From a virus (taxonomy: Duplodnaviria > Caudoviricetes), in IMG/VR virus record IMGVR_UViG_3300027819_000015, positions 1 to 54,510 of that record: a stretch of DNA of 54,510 nucleotides; one strand, written 5' to 3'. Positions 1 through 8,735 of this stretch are shown in pieces; within the stretch, counting starts at the first letter, position 1, and every line of letters begins with the position of its first letter. A program made the translations under genes and the position numbers. The notes under the pieces are model-generated. The model was not told the origin of the DNA, ran no database searches, and was given only the letters and a program-made list of their open reading frames with translations.

Positions 1-199
1 TACAAAACACTTTATAATATAAACCATTTTCAAAACTTTCTAATATATAACATTTACCCAAAGAACCGATAATAACTTCTTCATTAATGTTAAAATATCT
101 TGTCGGTTTATTAATATGCTTTAAATCATAATTCATTCTTTTTATTTGATCAGATTCAATTGTTTCTTGTTGTTTTTCTTTTGATATTTTCTTTCTCAT
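1..199 (-). CDS. hypothetical protein, partial (runs off window)
   Basis: ATG at 199-197 overlapping the stop of the upstream ORF; open frame MRKKISKEKQQ... to the window edge; not in ORF track. Confidence 0.7.
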   Translation of the reverse strand, partial: MRKKISKEKQQETIESDQIKRMNYDLKHINKPTRYFNINEEVIIGSLGKCYILESFENGLYYKVFC

Positions 200-432
200 A
201 AAAGCAATCCTTTGAATTTTCTATAATATGTAATTGCTTCGTTTAACACTTCTTCAAAATTTGTTTTGCCACCAATATGATAAATTTCTTGTTGCTGAGT
301 AATTACATTTGCATAATATAATTTATCAGTATCATTTTCCATAAAAATACCAAAACCATTTGTTGCACTACCAAAATAAAATGTTTTTTGTGTGGTATTA
401 TATATTAATTTTACATTTAACATAATTAACAT
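196..432 (-). CDS. hypothetical protein (early cassette)
   Basis: 78-aa ORF in a chain of abutting minus-strand ORFs; true start may be ATG at 423. Confidence 0.65.
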   Translation of the reverse strand: MLIMLNVKLIYNTTQKTFYFGSATNGFGIFMENDTDKLYYANVITQQQEIYHIGGKTNFEEVLNEAITYYRKFKGLLL

Positions 433-647
433 TTTGTATTTTTAATTGTTATTTTTAATGCATCTGAAAATTTTTCAGAATATAGTTTAATTTGTTCAAA
501 ATCTAAATCAGAATAACCATCATCAAATAAATAAATTTGATTTTCTGCTCTTATTAACGCATCTGATAATAAAGATTTAGATAGAATTGGAAGTTCAGCA
601 ACTCTATTATGATATATTGTTTCAACAAGTTTAAAATTATTATTCAT
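426..647 (-). CDS. hypothetical protein (early cassette)
   Basis: 73-aa ORF; GGAG RBS upstream, stop/start overlap. Confidence 0.7.
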   Translation of the reverse strand: MNNNFKLVETIYHNRVAELPILSKSLLSDALIRAENQIYLFDDGYSDLDFEQIKLYSEKFSDALKITIKNTKC

Positions 648-862
648 TATTTACTCCAATTTAAATTTTTTATAGGCCATTCTTTAACTGTCAATGCATT
701 TAAAAATTTTGTATAAAATAAATAAGTAATTTGATATGAATATTTTTTAGAAACATTAAATCTAATAGAAAAAAGATCTACTACTTTTGAATGCGAATAA
801 CCAATAAGAAACTTTGATTTTAAAAATTTTTTATAATAATTATATGTTTTTTGTTTTTTCAT
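647..862 (-). CDS. hypothetical basic protein (early cassette)
   Basis: 71-aa ORF, first after the 878-936 promoter block. Confidence 0.65.
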   Translation of the reverse strand: MKKQKTYNYYKKFLKSKFLIGYSHSKVVDLFSIRFNVSKKYSYQITYLFYTKFLNALTVKEWPIKNLNWSK

Positions 863-877
863 ATTTTTATTATTCTT

Positions 878-936
878 TTTGTTATTTAATCTTAATTAAT
901 ATAAACAATTAAATTGTAAAAGTAAATACTTTTTTT
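878..936 (-). promoter_or_regulatory. early-type sigma70-like promoter; left copy of 59-bp inverted repeat
   Basis: Reverse complement identical to 3611-3669; A-tract, TTTACT, 17 bp, TATATT. Confidence 0.8.
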
Positions 937-987
937 AATTATTTTAATATTGTTCTATTATATAATAAAATATAGCCTTTTCTAAGT

Positions 988-1016
988 ACATTTTTAATAT
1001 TTATAATATATAAATA
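988..1016 (+). promoter_or_regulatory. putative late promoter of sheath gene
   Basis: ACATTTTTAATATTTAT (988-1004) identical to 7347-7363 before the tube gene; T4-late-like TATAAATA at 1009-1016. Confidence 0.55.
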
Positions 1017-1146
1017 CAATAAAATGTTATAGAATAGCAGTTAAATTGATTGGAATTTATATTCTATAATATTAAAAGTTCTAATAATGTTTCATACCTA
1101 ATTGGAGGTATATATTTCAAAATATTAGATATTTAGGAGAAAATTA

Positions 1147-3501
1147 GTGGCAGTACTAGTATCACCATCAGTAAATACAATAGAACAAGATTTATCATTT
1201 GTTCCAGCAGGACTTGCTCAAATTGGTGGGGCAATAATAGGTTTAACAAAAAAAGGGCCTGCGTTTCAACCAACAAAAATTGCTACATATGGAGACTTTG
1301 TTACAAAGTTTGGTGGCAAATCTACAAAGTTATATGTTCCATATACAGCAGAACAATATTTAAAAAACTCTTCAGTTCTTAATGTAGTAAGAGTTTTATC
1401 AACACAAACATCAACAGATGTTGGTGCAGCTTTAGTTTTAGCATTTCCAGCAAATGGAAGTTCTGCTAACTCAGTATTTACTTCTTCAAACACAGCTCTT
1501 GCAGTATTAAGATCAAGAGGTAGTTTATCACAATGCGGTATTTCTGGAACAAGCAGCAGCTTTACATTAGTTATAAATAGTGCTACAGCATCAAATCTTT
1601 CTTTAGACAAAGCATCACCAAATTATATTGGAAAACTTTTAGGAACAGATCCATTTTCAGCTAAATCGGGAGATGCATTAACAGGTGTTTATGTTGAAAG
1701 CACTTTTGATTATGCTTATTTTGTTTCAGGTGCAATAACAGGTCAACCAACAGCAGTTTCACCATCTGCTAATACAAATTACTCAACGGGTGTTGGTGGA
1801 TTTACTCAAGGTCAAACACCAGTTATAGTTTCACAAAATTATAATGGAGCTGTCTATGATTTATTTAAATTTGATACATTAGGTGATGGTAATTCAGAAA
1901 ATACAAATGTTAAAATTTCAATTGATGTACCTTCTTCACAAATCGGTATATCAGCGTTTCCTACTTTCGTAATTTCAGTAAGATCTTATAATGCGACAGA
2001 CATACAAGGAGGTGTGTTAGAATCATATACTGTCAACTTAGATCCTACATCACAATCATATATATTAAAAGTTATAGGTGATAGAACAAAAACATTTGAT
2101 ACTTCTATAGATCCACCAGAAGTTGTATTCAATGGAACATATGATAATAAATCAAAATATGTTAGAGTAACAGTTTATGATGGTTATCCAGCAAATGCAA
2201 GACCTTCTGGTTTCAAAGGAGTTCCTGCAATGCAAGCTGGTCCATATTTTCCAATTCCAATAAAAGGAAATAACCTTGGTAATTCAGGTTCTTTAGATAC
2301 AAGATTTTATATGGGATTTGATTCAACACAATATTCAGCTGCAGATAGACTTGGATTTTTAGTATCAGGTATTTCAGCAGCAACAACAAATATTGCAAAG
2401 GGTGTTTTAATTTCAGCATCGGCAACAGAATATTCAGCTGCAGCAGCTTCAACAGCATCATTAACTTCTAATTATACAATTTATGATGTTTCAGTTTCAG
2501 GTGCTTTATCAGCTACAACATATAATAAAATTGCTTTAACAGTACCATTTTATGGTGCATGGGATGGAATTGATGAAAGAAAAGATTTATTACAAATAAT
2601 CAATGATGGAACTTTATCTGCAGATTTTGTAAATGCAATAAAAATTCTTTCAAATCCAGACGAAATAGATTTTAATCTTTTAACTATCCCAGGTGTTATT
2701 GCTGGTATAACAACAAATGGTTCAATACCTTCAAGAGCAATAGAAATGGTTGAAACAAGAGGAGATGCTTTCTATATCATGGATATGGGAACAAGTGAAA
2801 TATCAACAACAACAGGAACTGTATTAAATCTTTCAGTAAGTCAGATAGTAGAAACAGCAAAAGGATATGATACTTCTTATGCAGCTTCATATTATCCAGC
2901 ACAAAGAATTCAAGATTCTGAAAATGGAGTTTCTGTTTGGGTTCCACCTTCAGTTGTTATGATGGGAGCTTATTCATTTAATGATAGAGTTGGTGAACCT
3001 TGGTTTTCACCTGCAGGTTTAAATAGAGGTGTATTAAATTCAATTGAAGCAAGAAAAAGATTAACAGGTCCTCAAAGAGACACTTTACATTTAGGAAATG
3101 TTAATGCAATTGCAACATTTGTTGGACAAGGAATAGTTTCATGGGCTCAAAATACATTGCAAATAAAAGCTTCAGCTTTAGATAGAGTTAATGTTAGAAG
3201 ATTATTAATTTATGCTAAGAAAACAATATCTTCAGTTGCAAGATTCTTTGTATTCGAACCCAATGATGCAAAAACAAGAACAAATCTTTTAAATGCTATT
3301 AATCCAATATTAGCTAGAATTCAAAAACTACAAGGATTAACAGAGTTTAGAGTTGTAATTGATGATACAAACAATACAGCAGCAGATGTTGATAGAAATA
3401 TTCTTAATGGTCAAATATTGTTAATACCTACAAAATCAGCAGAAGTGCTAAATTTTACTTTTACTATATTAAATACTGGAGAATCTTTATTCCAAGACTA
3501 A
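1147..3501 (+). CDS. tail sheath protein (T4 gp18-like)
   Basis: N-term SPSVNTIEQDLS, G-T-KGPAF-PT; C-term PWFSPAGLNRG, RVNVRRLL, FEPND, DDTNNT; GTG start with AGGAG. Confidence 0.96.
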   Translation: MAVLVSPSVNTIEQDLSFVPAGLAQIGGAIIGLTKKGPAFQPTKIATYGDFVTKFGGKSTKLYVPYTAEQYLKNSSVLNVVRVLSTQTSTDVGAALVLAFPANGSSANSVFTSSNTALAVLRSRGSLSQCGISGTSSSFTLVINSATASNLSLDKASPNYIGKLLGTDPFSAKSGDALTGVYVESTFDYAYFVSGAITGQPTAVSPSANTNYSTGVGGFTQGQTPVIVSQNYNGAVYDLFKFDTLGDGNSENTNVKISIDVPSSQIGISAFPTFVISVRSYNATDIQGGVLESYTVNLDPTSQSYILKVIGDRTKTFDTSIDPPEVVFNGTYDNKSKYVRVTVYDGYPANARPSGFKGVPAMQAGPYFPIPIKGNNLGNSGSLDTRFYMGFDSTQYSAADRLGFLVSGISAATTNIAKGVLISASATEYSAAAASTASLTSNYTIYDVSVSGALSATTYNKIALTVPFYGAWDGIDERKDLLQIINDGTLSADFVNAIKILSNPDEIDFNLLTIPGVIAGITTNGSIPSRAIEMVETRGDAFYIMDMGTSEISTTTGTVLNLSVSQIVETAKGYDTSYAASYYPAQRIQDSENGVSVWVPPSVVMMGAYSFNDRVGEPWFSPAGLNRGVLNSIEARKRLTGPQRDTLHLGNVNAIATFVGQGIVSWAQNTLQIKASALDRVNVRRLLIYAKKTISSVARFFVFEPNDAKTRTNLLNAINPILARIQKLQGLTEFRVVIDDTNNTAADVDRNILNGQILLIPTKSAEVLNFTFTILNTGESLFQD

Positions 3502-3529
3502 GTTATTCTATAATATAGACAGTTTCAAA

Positions 3530-3565
3530 ATAATGGTTGATAGAAGAAATTTTATCAACCATTAT
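3530..3565 (+). terminator. hairpin after sheath gene (probable terminator)
   Basis: 13-bp stem ATAATGGTTGATA / TATCAACCATTAT, T-rich downstream. Confidence 0.65.
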
Positions 3566-3610
3566 AGTTTATATTGATTTTATTGGTTGTTTTTAATATA
3601 AAAAATATTA

Positions 3611-3669
3611 AAAAAAAGTATTTACTTTTACAATTTAATTGTTTATATTAATTAAGATTAAATAACAAA
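3611..3669 (+). promoter_or_regulatory. early-type sigma70-like promoter; right copy of 59-bp inverted repeat
   Basis: TTTACT 3621-3626, 17-bp spacer, TATATT 3644-3649, upstream A-tract, then AAGGAG and ATG 3686. Confidence 0.8.
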
Positions 3670-3685
3670 TAATTAAGGAGATAAG

Positions 3686-3952
3686 ATGAAAATAGATATT
3701 GTTGATCTCAAACAATTTACTCCATTGCAAATCATTTATATTCAGTATTTAGCAAAAACTGCTGATGAAAGAAAAACTCTTATCAACGAACTGGAATCAA
3801 GAGCAAAACAAATTTTAAGAGAAGGATATAAAAATATCACATTTGGAACTTTTTGTCCTCCTCTTAAGGATGTTATTCTCCTTGCTGTAAATCTTAATGT
3901 ATATAAAACAACAACAAAAAAACCTGACTGTATAGCTGAATATATTCAATAA
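3686..3952 (+). CDS. hypothetical protein
   Basis: 88-aa ORF, AAGGAG RBS. Confidence 0.8.
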   Translation: MKIDIVDLKQFTPLQIIYIQYLAKTADERKTLINELESRAKQILREGYKNITFGTFCPPLKDVILLAVNLNVYKTTTKKPDCIAEYIQ

Positions 3953-3988
3953 ACAATAAAAGATAATTTTTATTGGAGAATTAAATTT

Positions 3989-4345
3989 ATGAATAAAGAA
4001 TTAGCAAAAAAGATTGATAATGAATGTGAATTTGCATTAAAAGTAATAGCTGAAAAATATAATTTAAAACTTATACCAAGAGGTGGAAAATATACAAGTC
4101 ATGATTTAAAAATAGGTTTCATTTTTGATGAGCCAATAAATATTATTGATAAACCTTTACACAAATATTCAACAAAACCATTAACAGATATAGATATTAA
4201 AAATGGTTTTGCACAAAGAGGTGTAAAAATAAAACTTAATACTGGTGAAACAGCAATTATTGTTAATACAAAAAGAAAAAAATATGTAATAGAAATTAAT
4301 GGTAAACAGTATTTAGCGCCATTTTCTATTTGTTCACTTTCATAA
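3989..4345 (+). CDS. hypothetical protein (possible C-terminal SH3/KOW-like barrel)
   Basis: 118-aa ORF, GGAG RBS. Confidence 0.75.
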   Translation: MNKELAKKIDNECEFALKVIAEKYNLKLIPRGGKYTSHDLKIGFIFDEPINIIDKPLHKYSTKPLTDIDIKNGFAQRGVKIKLNTGETAIIVNTKRKKYVIEINGKQYLAPFSICSLS

Positions 4346-4369
4346 TATTTTATTTATTTAAGGATAAAA

Positions 4370-4609
4370 ATGGAACTTAATGTTAAAAAAGATTATGTGA
4401 ATTTAGGAGATGTTATTAGAAAAGTATCTGGAATGCAATGTCAATATGGTTCCAGATACTTTTGTAAAAATTGGTCTAATGAATATAAATATTTAGGTGA
4501 TGGTCTTAGAATTATAGGTACATCTAAAGATTATCATTTTATGCAAATTCACAAAGATGATGTTGAAGAAGCAACTAAAAGATTAAAACAACAATTAAAT
4601 ATAAAATAA
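4370..4609 (+). CDS. hypothetical protein
   Basis: 79-aa ORF, AAGGA RBS. Confidence 0.75.
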   Translation: MELNVKKDYVNLGDVIRKVSGMQCQYGSRYFCKNWSNEYKYLGDGLRIIGTSKDYHFMQIHKDDVEEATKRLKQQLNIK

Positions 4610-4617
4610 GGAATTTT

Positions 4618-4794
4618 ATGAAAAATCTTAATAGAAATAATTTAAGTGCTTTTTTTATGATTATTGGTAATTTTTTTGCTTTTTTATTAATTTTTTATAC
4701 AGCTTTTACTACAGAAAACGAACAGGGATTATACATTATTCCTGTAATAGTTTCAAATATTTTACATTTTGTATCATCAATAAAAATAAAATAA
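4618..4794 (+). CDS. small membrane protein (58 aa)
   Basis: Not in track; AAGGA RBS, MKNLNRNNLSAFFMIIGNFFAFLLIFYTAF...LYIIPVIVSNILHFV; two hydrophobic segments; fills the gap. Confidence 0.7.
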   Translation: MKNLNRNNLSAFFMIIGNFFAFLLIFYTAFTTENEQGLYIIPVIVSNILHFVSSIKIK

Positions 4795-4806
4795 AAGGAA
4801 AATTCT

Positions 4807-5049
4807 ATGGTAAATATATTTGAAATAATTGGTAGATTAATGTTTTATGAAAATCATATTAAATGTGAAATAATAAAAAGCGGTATTGTTAAATTTAGAG
4901 CAGAATATGATAGTAAAAAAATATATTATATTTTATATTTTGCTCAAAAAGAATATGAAATAGTAAAAAATAATACTGATGCTATTTCAACTAAAGATTT
5001 TCATACTGCAATGAAATCTTATGGATTAACAGAAAGAATAAAGCAATGA
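4807..5049 (+). CDS. hypothetical protein
   Basis: 80-aa ORF, AAGGA RBS. Confidence 0.7.
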   Translation: MVNIFEIIGRLMFYENHIKCEIIKSGIVKFRAEYDSKKIYYILYFAQKEYEIVKNNTDAISTKDFHTAMKSYGLTERIKQ

Positions 5050-5246
5050 AAATAAAATTAACATTTGGGGAAATATTAAATGCTCCAAGAATTGGTTCTT
5101 GGGATAGATTTTGTAAAAAACATGATTATAATGTATATATGATAAATGAAGGTTTAGCTAATTCAGAAGATGAAATAGAAATAACGACTGAAGAAGCTAA
5201 AGAATATGGATTAATTAAAGGAAATAATTTTTATGAGAAACTTTGA
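5046..5246 (+). CDS. hypothetical protein
   Basis: 66-aa ORF, ATGA overlap. Confidence 0.75.
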   Translation: MKIKLTFGEILNAPRIGSWDRFCKKHDYNVYMINEGLANSEDEIEITTEEAKEYGLIKGNNFYEKL

Positions 5247-5745
5247 ATTAAAACATGTTATATTAAGCAATGAATATCGCAAAAAATGGAATGTTCATAG
5301 TTTAAATGATTTTTATTTTTTAATAAAAAACGGTGAAAGAATTAATGATACTCTTTACAGAAAGGGTGGTCTTGGTGATATTGATACAAAAGATGATTAT
5401 TTTTTAATATTAAAACACACCGAAGCATTTTATAGTGATGATATTACAACAGATGAGACTAGAAAAAGATATCTTAAATCTCAATGGTGTATAATTGACA
5501 AAGATGGTAATGAAAAAGTTATATTTGACAATTTTGTAACCCCATATTTATCTGGTGGGCAAATATATTCTGTTGATCATAAATATTATAATATTGAAAC
5601 TGGTTATTTTTATGGTTATTCATATGGTACAATATCTTCAGATACATTTATTTTTTTTATCAATAATACACTAGAAAAAGATAAAACAAAACGTGGTGTT
5701 ATAAAGATCAATAAATTCGATGGAACTTTTGAATTATTTCAATAA
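5233..5745 (+). CDS. hypothetical protein (one WG-repeat-like motif)
   Basis: 170 aa; WCIIDKDGNEKV. Confidence 0.75.
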   Translation: MRNFELKHVILSNEYRKKWNVHSLNDFYFLIKNGERINDTLYRKGGLGDIDTKDDYFLILKHTEAFYSDDITTDETRKRYLKSQWCIIDKDGNEKVIFDNFVTPYLSGGQIYSVDHKYYNIETGYFYGYSYGTISSDTFIFFINNTLEKDKTKRGVIKINKFDGTFELFQ

Positions 5746-5753
5746 TTAATTTT

Positions 5754-5882
5754 ATGATACGTCAAATTGAATATCTCAAAGAAGAGTTTTTATTTAAAAT
5801 TTTTAAAAAAGAATATTCTTCTATAACTAAAGTCATGAATATTGCTATTTGTGACACATTTGAGCAAATTATATTAAATTAA
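5754..5882 (+). CDS. small hypothetical protein (42 aa)
   Basis: Not in track; ATG..TAA frame filling the gap; no clear RBS. Confidence 0.4.
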   Translation: MIRQIEYLKEEFLFKIFKKEYSSITKVMNIAICDTFEQIILN

Positions 5883-5886
5883 ATTT

Positions 5887-6177
5887 ATGAAACTTATAAT
5901 GCTTTATTTATCAGGTGATGGTGTTACATATAATACTGAAAAAATACTTCCTTTAGAATATGAATCTAAAGAAAAAGCTGAGCATGATTTTCTTTGTGAA
6001 GTAGAAAAAGCAAAGAAAGAACACAACGTTGTTAAATTTTTAAATGAAGAATTTTATATAAATGATTATTTTTTTATTGAAAATAATAAAGAAGTTTATT
6101 ATGGGCCACAATTTTTTACATTAGAAGAATGGTTTGAGAAGTGTAAAATAAATCCTAAAAATAAAAAGGAAAATTAA
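5887..6177 (+). CDS. hypothetical protein
   Basis: 96-aa ORF in operon. Confidence 0.75.
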   Translation: MKLIMLYLSGDGVTYNTEKILPLEYESKEKAEHDFLCEVEKAKKEHNVVKFLNEEFYINDYFFIENNKEVYYGPQFFTLEEWFEKCKINPKNKKEN

Positions 6178-6179
6178 TC

Positions 6180-6629
6180 ATGCATAATGAAAATATTGGA
6201 AGAAAATTAGTTCTTTGGTTTACAGAATATAGTAATGAAGCATATACAGACCAAATGGGTATTAAACACCCAGGATATATTGTAAAAGAACAAATACCGG
6301 TAACTATTATTAAAGTTAAAAAAGTACCATATTTATTTGGCGATGGATATGGTGAAGGTTGGTTAGCAAAATCTGACACAGGAGAAGAATTTACTTGTAA
6401 TTGGAATAGATTTCCAGATGATTCAATGACACCGACATATTATTGGGATGTAAAAAAAGACCATAGAGGTTTATGGGAACCTGTTGATGCTATACAAACA
6501 CAAGGTTGGTACCCACATGTAGACGAAAAAGGAAATCAATGTATACCAATAAACAGTGTTTTTTGTAAAAACCATAATATTACTTATTTAAAAGATGGTG
6601 AATGTTGGAAATGTAAACATAACTTATAA
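6180..6629 (+). CDS. hypothetical protein with C-terminal CxxH...CxxC
   Basis: 149 aa; CKNH...CWKC. Confidence 0.75.
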   Translation: MHNENIGRKLVLWFTEYSNEAYTDQMGIKHPGYIVKEQIPVTIIKVKKVPYLFGDGYGEGWLAKSDTGEEFTCNWNRFPDDSMTPTYYWDVKKDHRGLWEPVDAIQTQGWYPHVDEKGNQCIPINSVFCKNHNITYLKDGECWKCKHNL

Positions 6630-6640
6630 GGATTAAAAAT

Positions 6641-6793
6641 ATGCATGATGAACTTGGTCGCAGAATGAAAGAGTATTATGAAAATCGTACAAGATTTTCA
6701 TTACAAAGAAGAACTTATACTATTATTAGAATTGATGGTAAAGCTTTTCATTCATATACAAAAAAACTTAAAATAAAATATCAAACTCTATGA
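6641..6793 (+). pseudogene. thg1: tRNA-His guanylyltransferase (Thg1-like), N-terminal fragment
   Basis: Not in track; MHDELGRRMKEYYENRTRFSLQRRTYTIIRIDGKAFHSYTK matches the Thg1/TLP N-terminus (RIDG..FH); stops after 50 aa. Confidence 0.8.
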
Positions 6794-7149
6794 AAATTGC
6801 ACATAGAGAAAATAGAGCAAATAATTGGCAAGATAGTAAACAAAATATCAATGAATCTTATCCTGAAACGTTTTTTAAAGAAGTTATAAAAAATAATTTT
6901 ATTGACAAAAATTATATATATCAATTTAGATTTAATAGATTTTCTATAGATTTTGCATGGGAAGAAAAGAAATTAGCCATTGAAATTGATGGTTCACAAC
7001 ATGAAAGATATTTAACGCAAATAAAAAATGATAAACAAAAAGAAAAATTATTAAAAAAACATGGGTGGAAATTATTAAGAATTAAATGGAAAGATATGTT
7101 TAATAATCCAAAAAAATGGATAAATATTGCTAAAGATTTTATAGATTAA
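6790..7149 (+). CDS. DUF559/Vsr-like endonuclease, probably N-terminally truncated
   Basis: ESYPE, YQF, IDFAW..KKLAIEIDGSQH, D..K...L...GWKLLRI. Confidence 0.85.
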   Translation: MKIAHRENRANNWQDSKQNINESYPETFFKEVIKNNFIDKNYIYQFRFNRFSIDFAWEEKKLAIEIDGSQHERYLTQIKNDKQKEKLLKKHGWKLLRIKWKDMFNNPKKWINIAKDFID

Positions 7150-7231
7150 AATTGTTTACAAGATGATATATTTTAATTTTATTATATAAAATAAAAGGTT
7201 TTAAAGTATGTAGAAATAATTGAATTAGTTT

Positions 7232-7275
7232 AAAATGGCTATTATGTGAATTGAATTTCATATAATAGCCATTTT
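7232..7275 (+). terminator. hairpin 1 of tandem pair
   Basis: 19-bp stem AAAATGGCTATTATGTGAA / TTCATATAATAGCCATTTT, one G-U, T-rich tail. Confidence 0.75.
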
Positions 7276-7282
7276 TATTTAT

Positions 7283-7325
7283 AAAATGCACAATTTATTA
7301 TGATTATTGATGAATTGTGCATTTT
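7283..7325 (+). terminator. hairpin 2 of tandem pair
   Basis: 18-bp stem AAAATGCACAATTTATTA / TGATGAATTGTGCATTTT, two G-U, T-rich tail. Confidence 0.75.
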
Positions 7326-7346
7326 TTATTTTAAATCAAAATTTTG

Positions 7347-7374
7347 ACATTTTTAATATTTATTAATATATAAT
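7347..7374 (+). promoter_or_regulatory. putative late promoter of tube operon
   Basis: 17-bp motif identical to 988-1004. Confidence 0.55.
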
Positions 7375-7413
7375 AACAGTTTTTAAATATTAGAAATTAT
7401 TAGGAGAAATAAA

Positions 7414-7902
7414 ATGCCAGAAGTTTTAAGCGTAGATCAATTAATATCTCAAGAAGCTGAACCTACACGTCAGTTTAGATGGATTATTTCAGTTGAAGGT
7501 ATTGATGCTTATACAGCATTATCAACACAGTTACCAAGTGGACAATTTGGTGAAATAGAAGTTCCTTTTATAAATACTAGAAGATATCTTTCTGGTAAAT
7601 GGTCACCAAATGAATTGCCTATGAAACTATGGAATCCAATTCAACCATCTGCTGCACAAAAAGTACAGGAGTGGATTAGAACAAATTATGAACAACAAAC
7701 TGGTAGAATGGGATATGCAGATTTTTATAAAAAAGATATTACTTTAAAATTATTAGATGGACCTGGTGGTGTTGCTAGTTCTTGGACATTAAAAGGTGCA
7801 TGGATAAAAACAGTTAATTTTGGAACATTGGATTATACAAGTGAAGCGATGGTTGAAATTGACATTTCAATTCGTTATGACACTTATGTGTTAAGTTTTT
7901 AA
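7414..7902 (+). CDS. tail tube protein (T4 gp19-like)
   Basis: 162 aa; EP.RQFRW, YKKDITLKLLD..G....W.LKGAW....FG.LDY, I.I.YD. Confidence 0.93.
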   Translation: MPEVLSVDQLISQEAEPTRQFRWIISVEGIDAYTALSTQLPSGQFGEIEVPFINTRRYLSGKWSPNELPMKLWNPIQPSAAQKVQEWIRTNYEQQTGRMGYADFYKKDITLKLLDGPGGVASSWTLKGAWIKTVNFGTLDYTSEAMVEIDISIRYDTYVLSF

Positions 7903-7925
7903 TAAAAATTAAAAAAGAGGTATAA

Positions 7926-8735
7926 ATGATAAATCAACAACCAACTATTGAAAAACAGGAAATTTTATATACACCTGTTACTATGAATGCTCCACTTCCT
8001 AGTTTAGGAAAAATTTATTCTGAAGATTCACCATTACATAATAAAGAATATGTGACAATAAAAGAAATGTCTGGTGTAGAAGAAGATATATTAACATCAG
8101 CAAATCTTATACGTACAGGAAAAGTCATAGATATGGTTTTAAAAAATTGTATTTTAGAAAAAAATATTAATATTGATGATATGATATTAGGCGATAGAAA
8201 CTCTATTATTATAACATTAATGTTAGCTTCCTATGGTTCTTCTTATAAGGCTGATATTATTTGTTCGAACTGTGAAGAAAAAAATAAAGAATATGAATTT
8301 AAAGTTGCGGATTTGCCTATAAAAAATTTAGAAGTTGAACCTACAATGCCTGGCAAAAATGAGTTTTCTTTTACTTTACCAAAATCTAAATTAGATATAA
8401 AATTTAGATTATTAAATCATGGTATAGATAAAGAAATAAAAGAAACAGTTGATAGATTAAAAAGCTTTGTTAAAGATAACAAAGAAAAATATTCTACAAC
8501 AAGATTGAAATATGAAATTATTTCAATAAATGGTATTACTGATAAAAATAAAATAAATTCTATTATCGATACTGGACAAATACCAATACAAGACAGTATA
8601 GCAATAAGAGAGTATATTGATTTTATCTCACCCGATATTATTACAAAACAAGAATTTAAATGTAAGTCTTGTAACAATACTGAATTAGTTAAAATACCTA
8701 TAACGTTTGAGTTTTTTTGGCGTACAGGGAGATAG
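7926..8735 (+). CDS. tail/baseplate assembly chaperone (T4 gp26-like)
   Basis: LPS.G..Y, M...EEDILT, GDRN, two CxxC pairs, C-terminal FFW; lies between tube and tape measure. Confidence 0.75.
   Translation: MINQQPTIEKQEILYTPVTMNAPLPSLGKIYSEDSPLHNKEYVTIKEMSGVEEDILTSANLIRTGKVIDMVLKNCILEKNINIDDMILGDRNSIIITLMLASYGSSYKADIICSNCEEKNKEYEFKVADLPIKNLEVEPTMPGKNEFSFTLPKSKLDIKFRLLNHGIDKEIKETVDRLKSFVKDNKEKYSTTRLKYEIISINGITDKNKINSIIDTGQIPIQDSIAIREYIDFISPDIITKQEFKCKSCNNTELVKIPITFEFFWRTGR

Noticed and set aside
7154-7185. GTTTACA possible promoter before the hairpins
   Set aside because: Best -10 (TATTAT) is 19 bp away and no ORF follows
6770-7330. Group I intron interrupting thg1
   Set aside because: No downstream thg1 exon before the tube gene and no recognisable intron core
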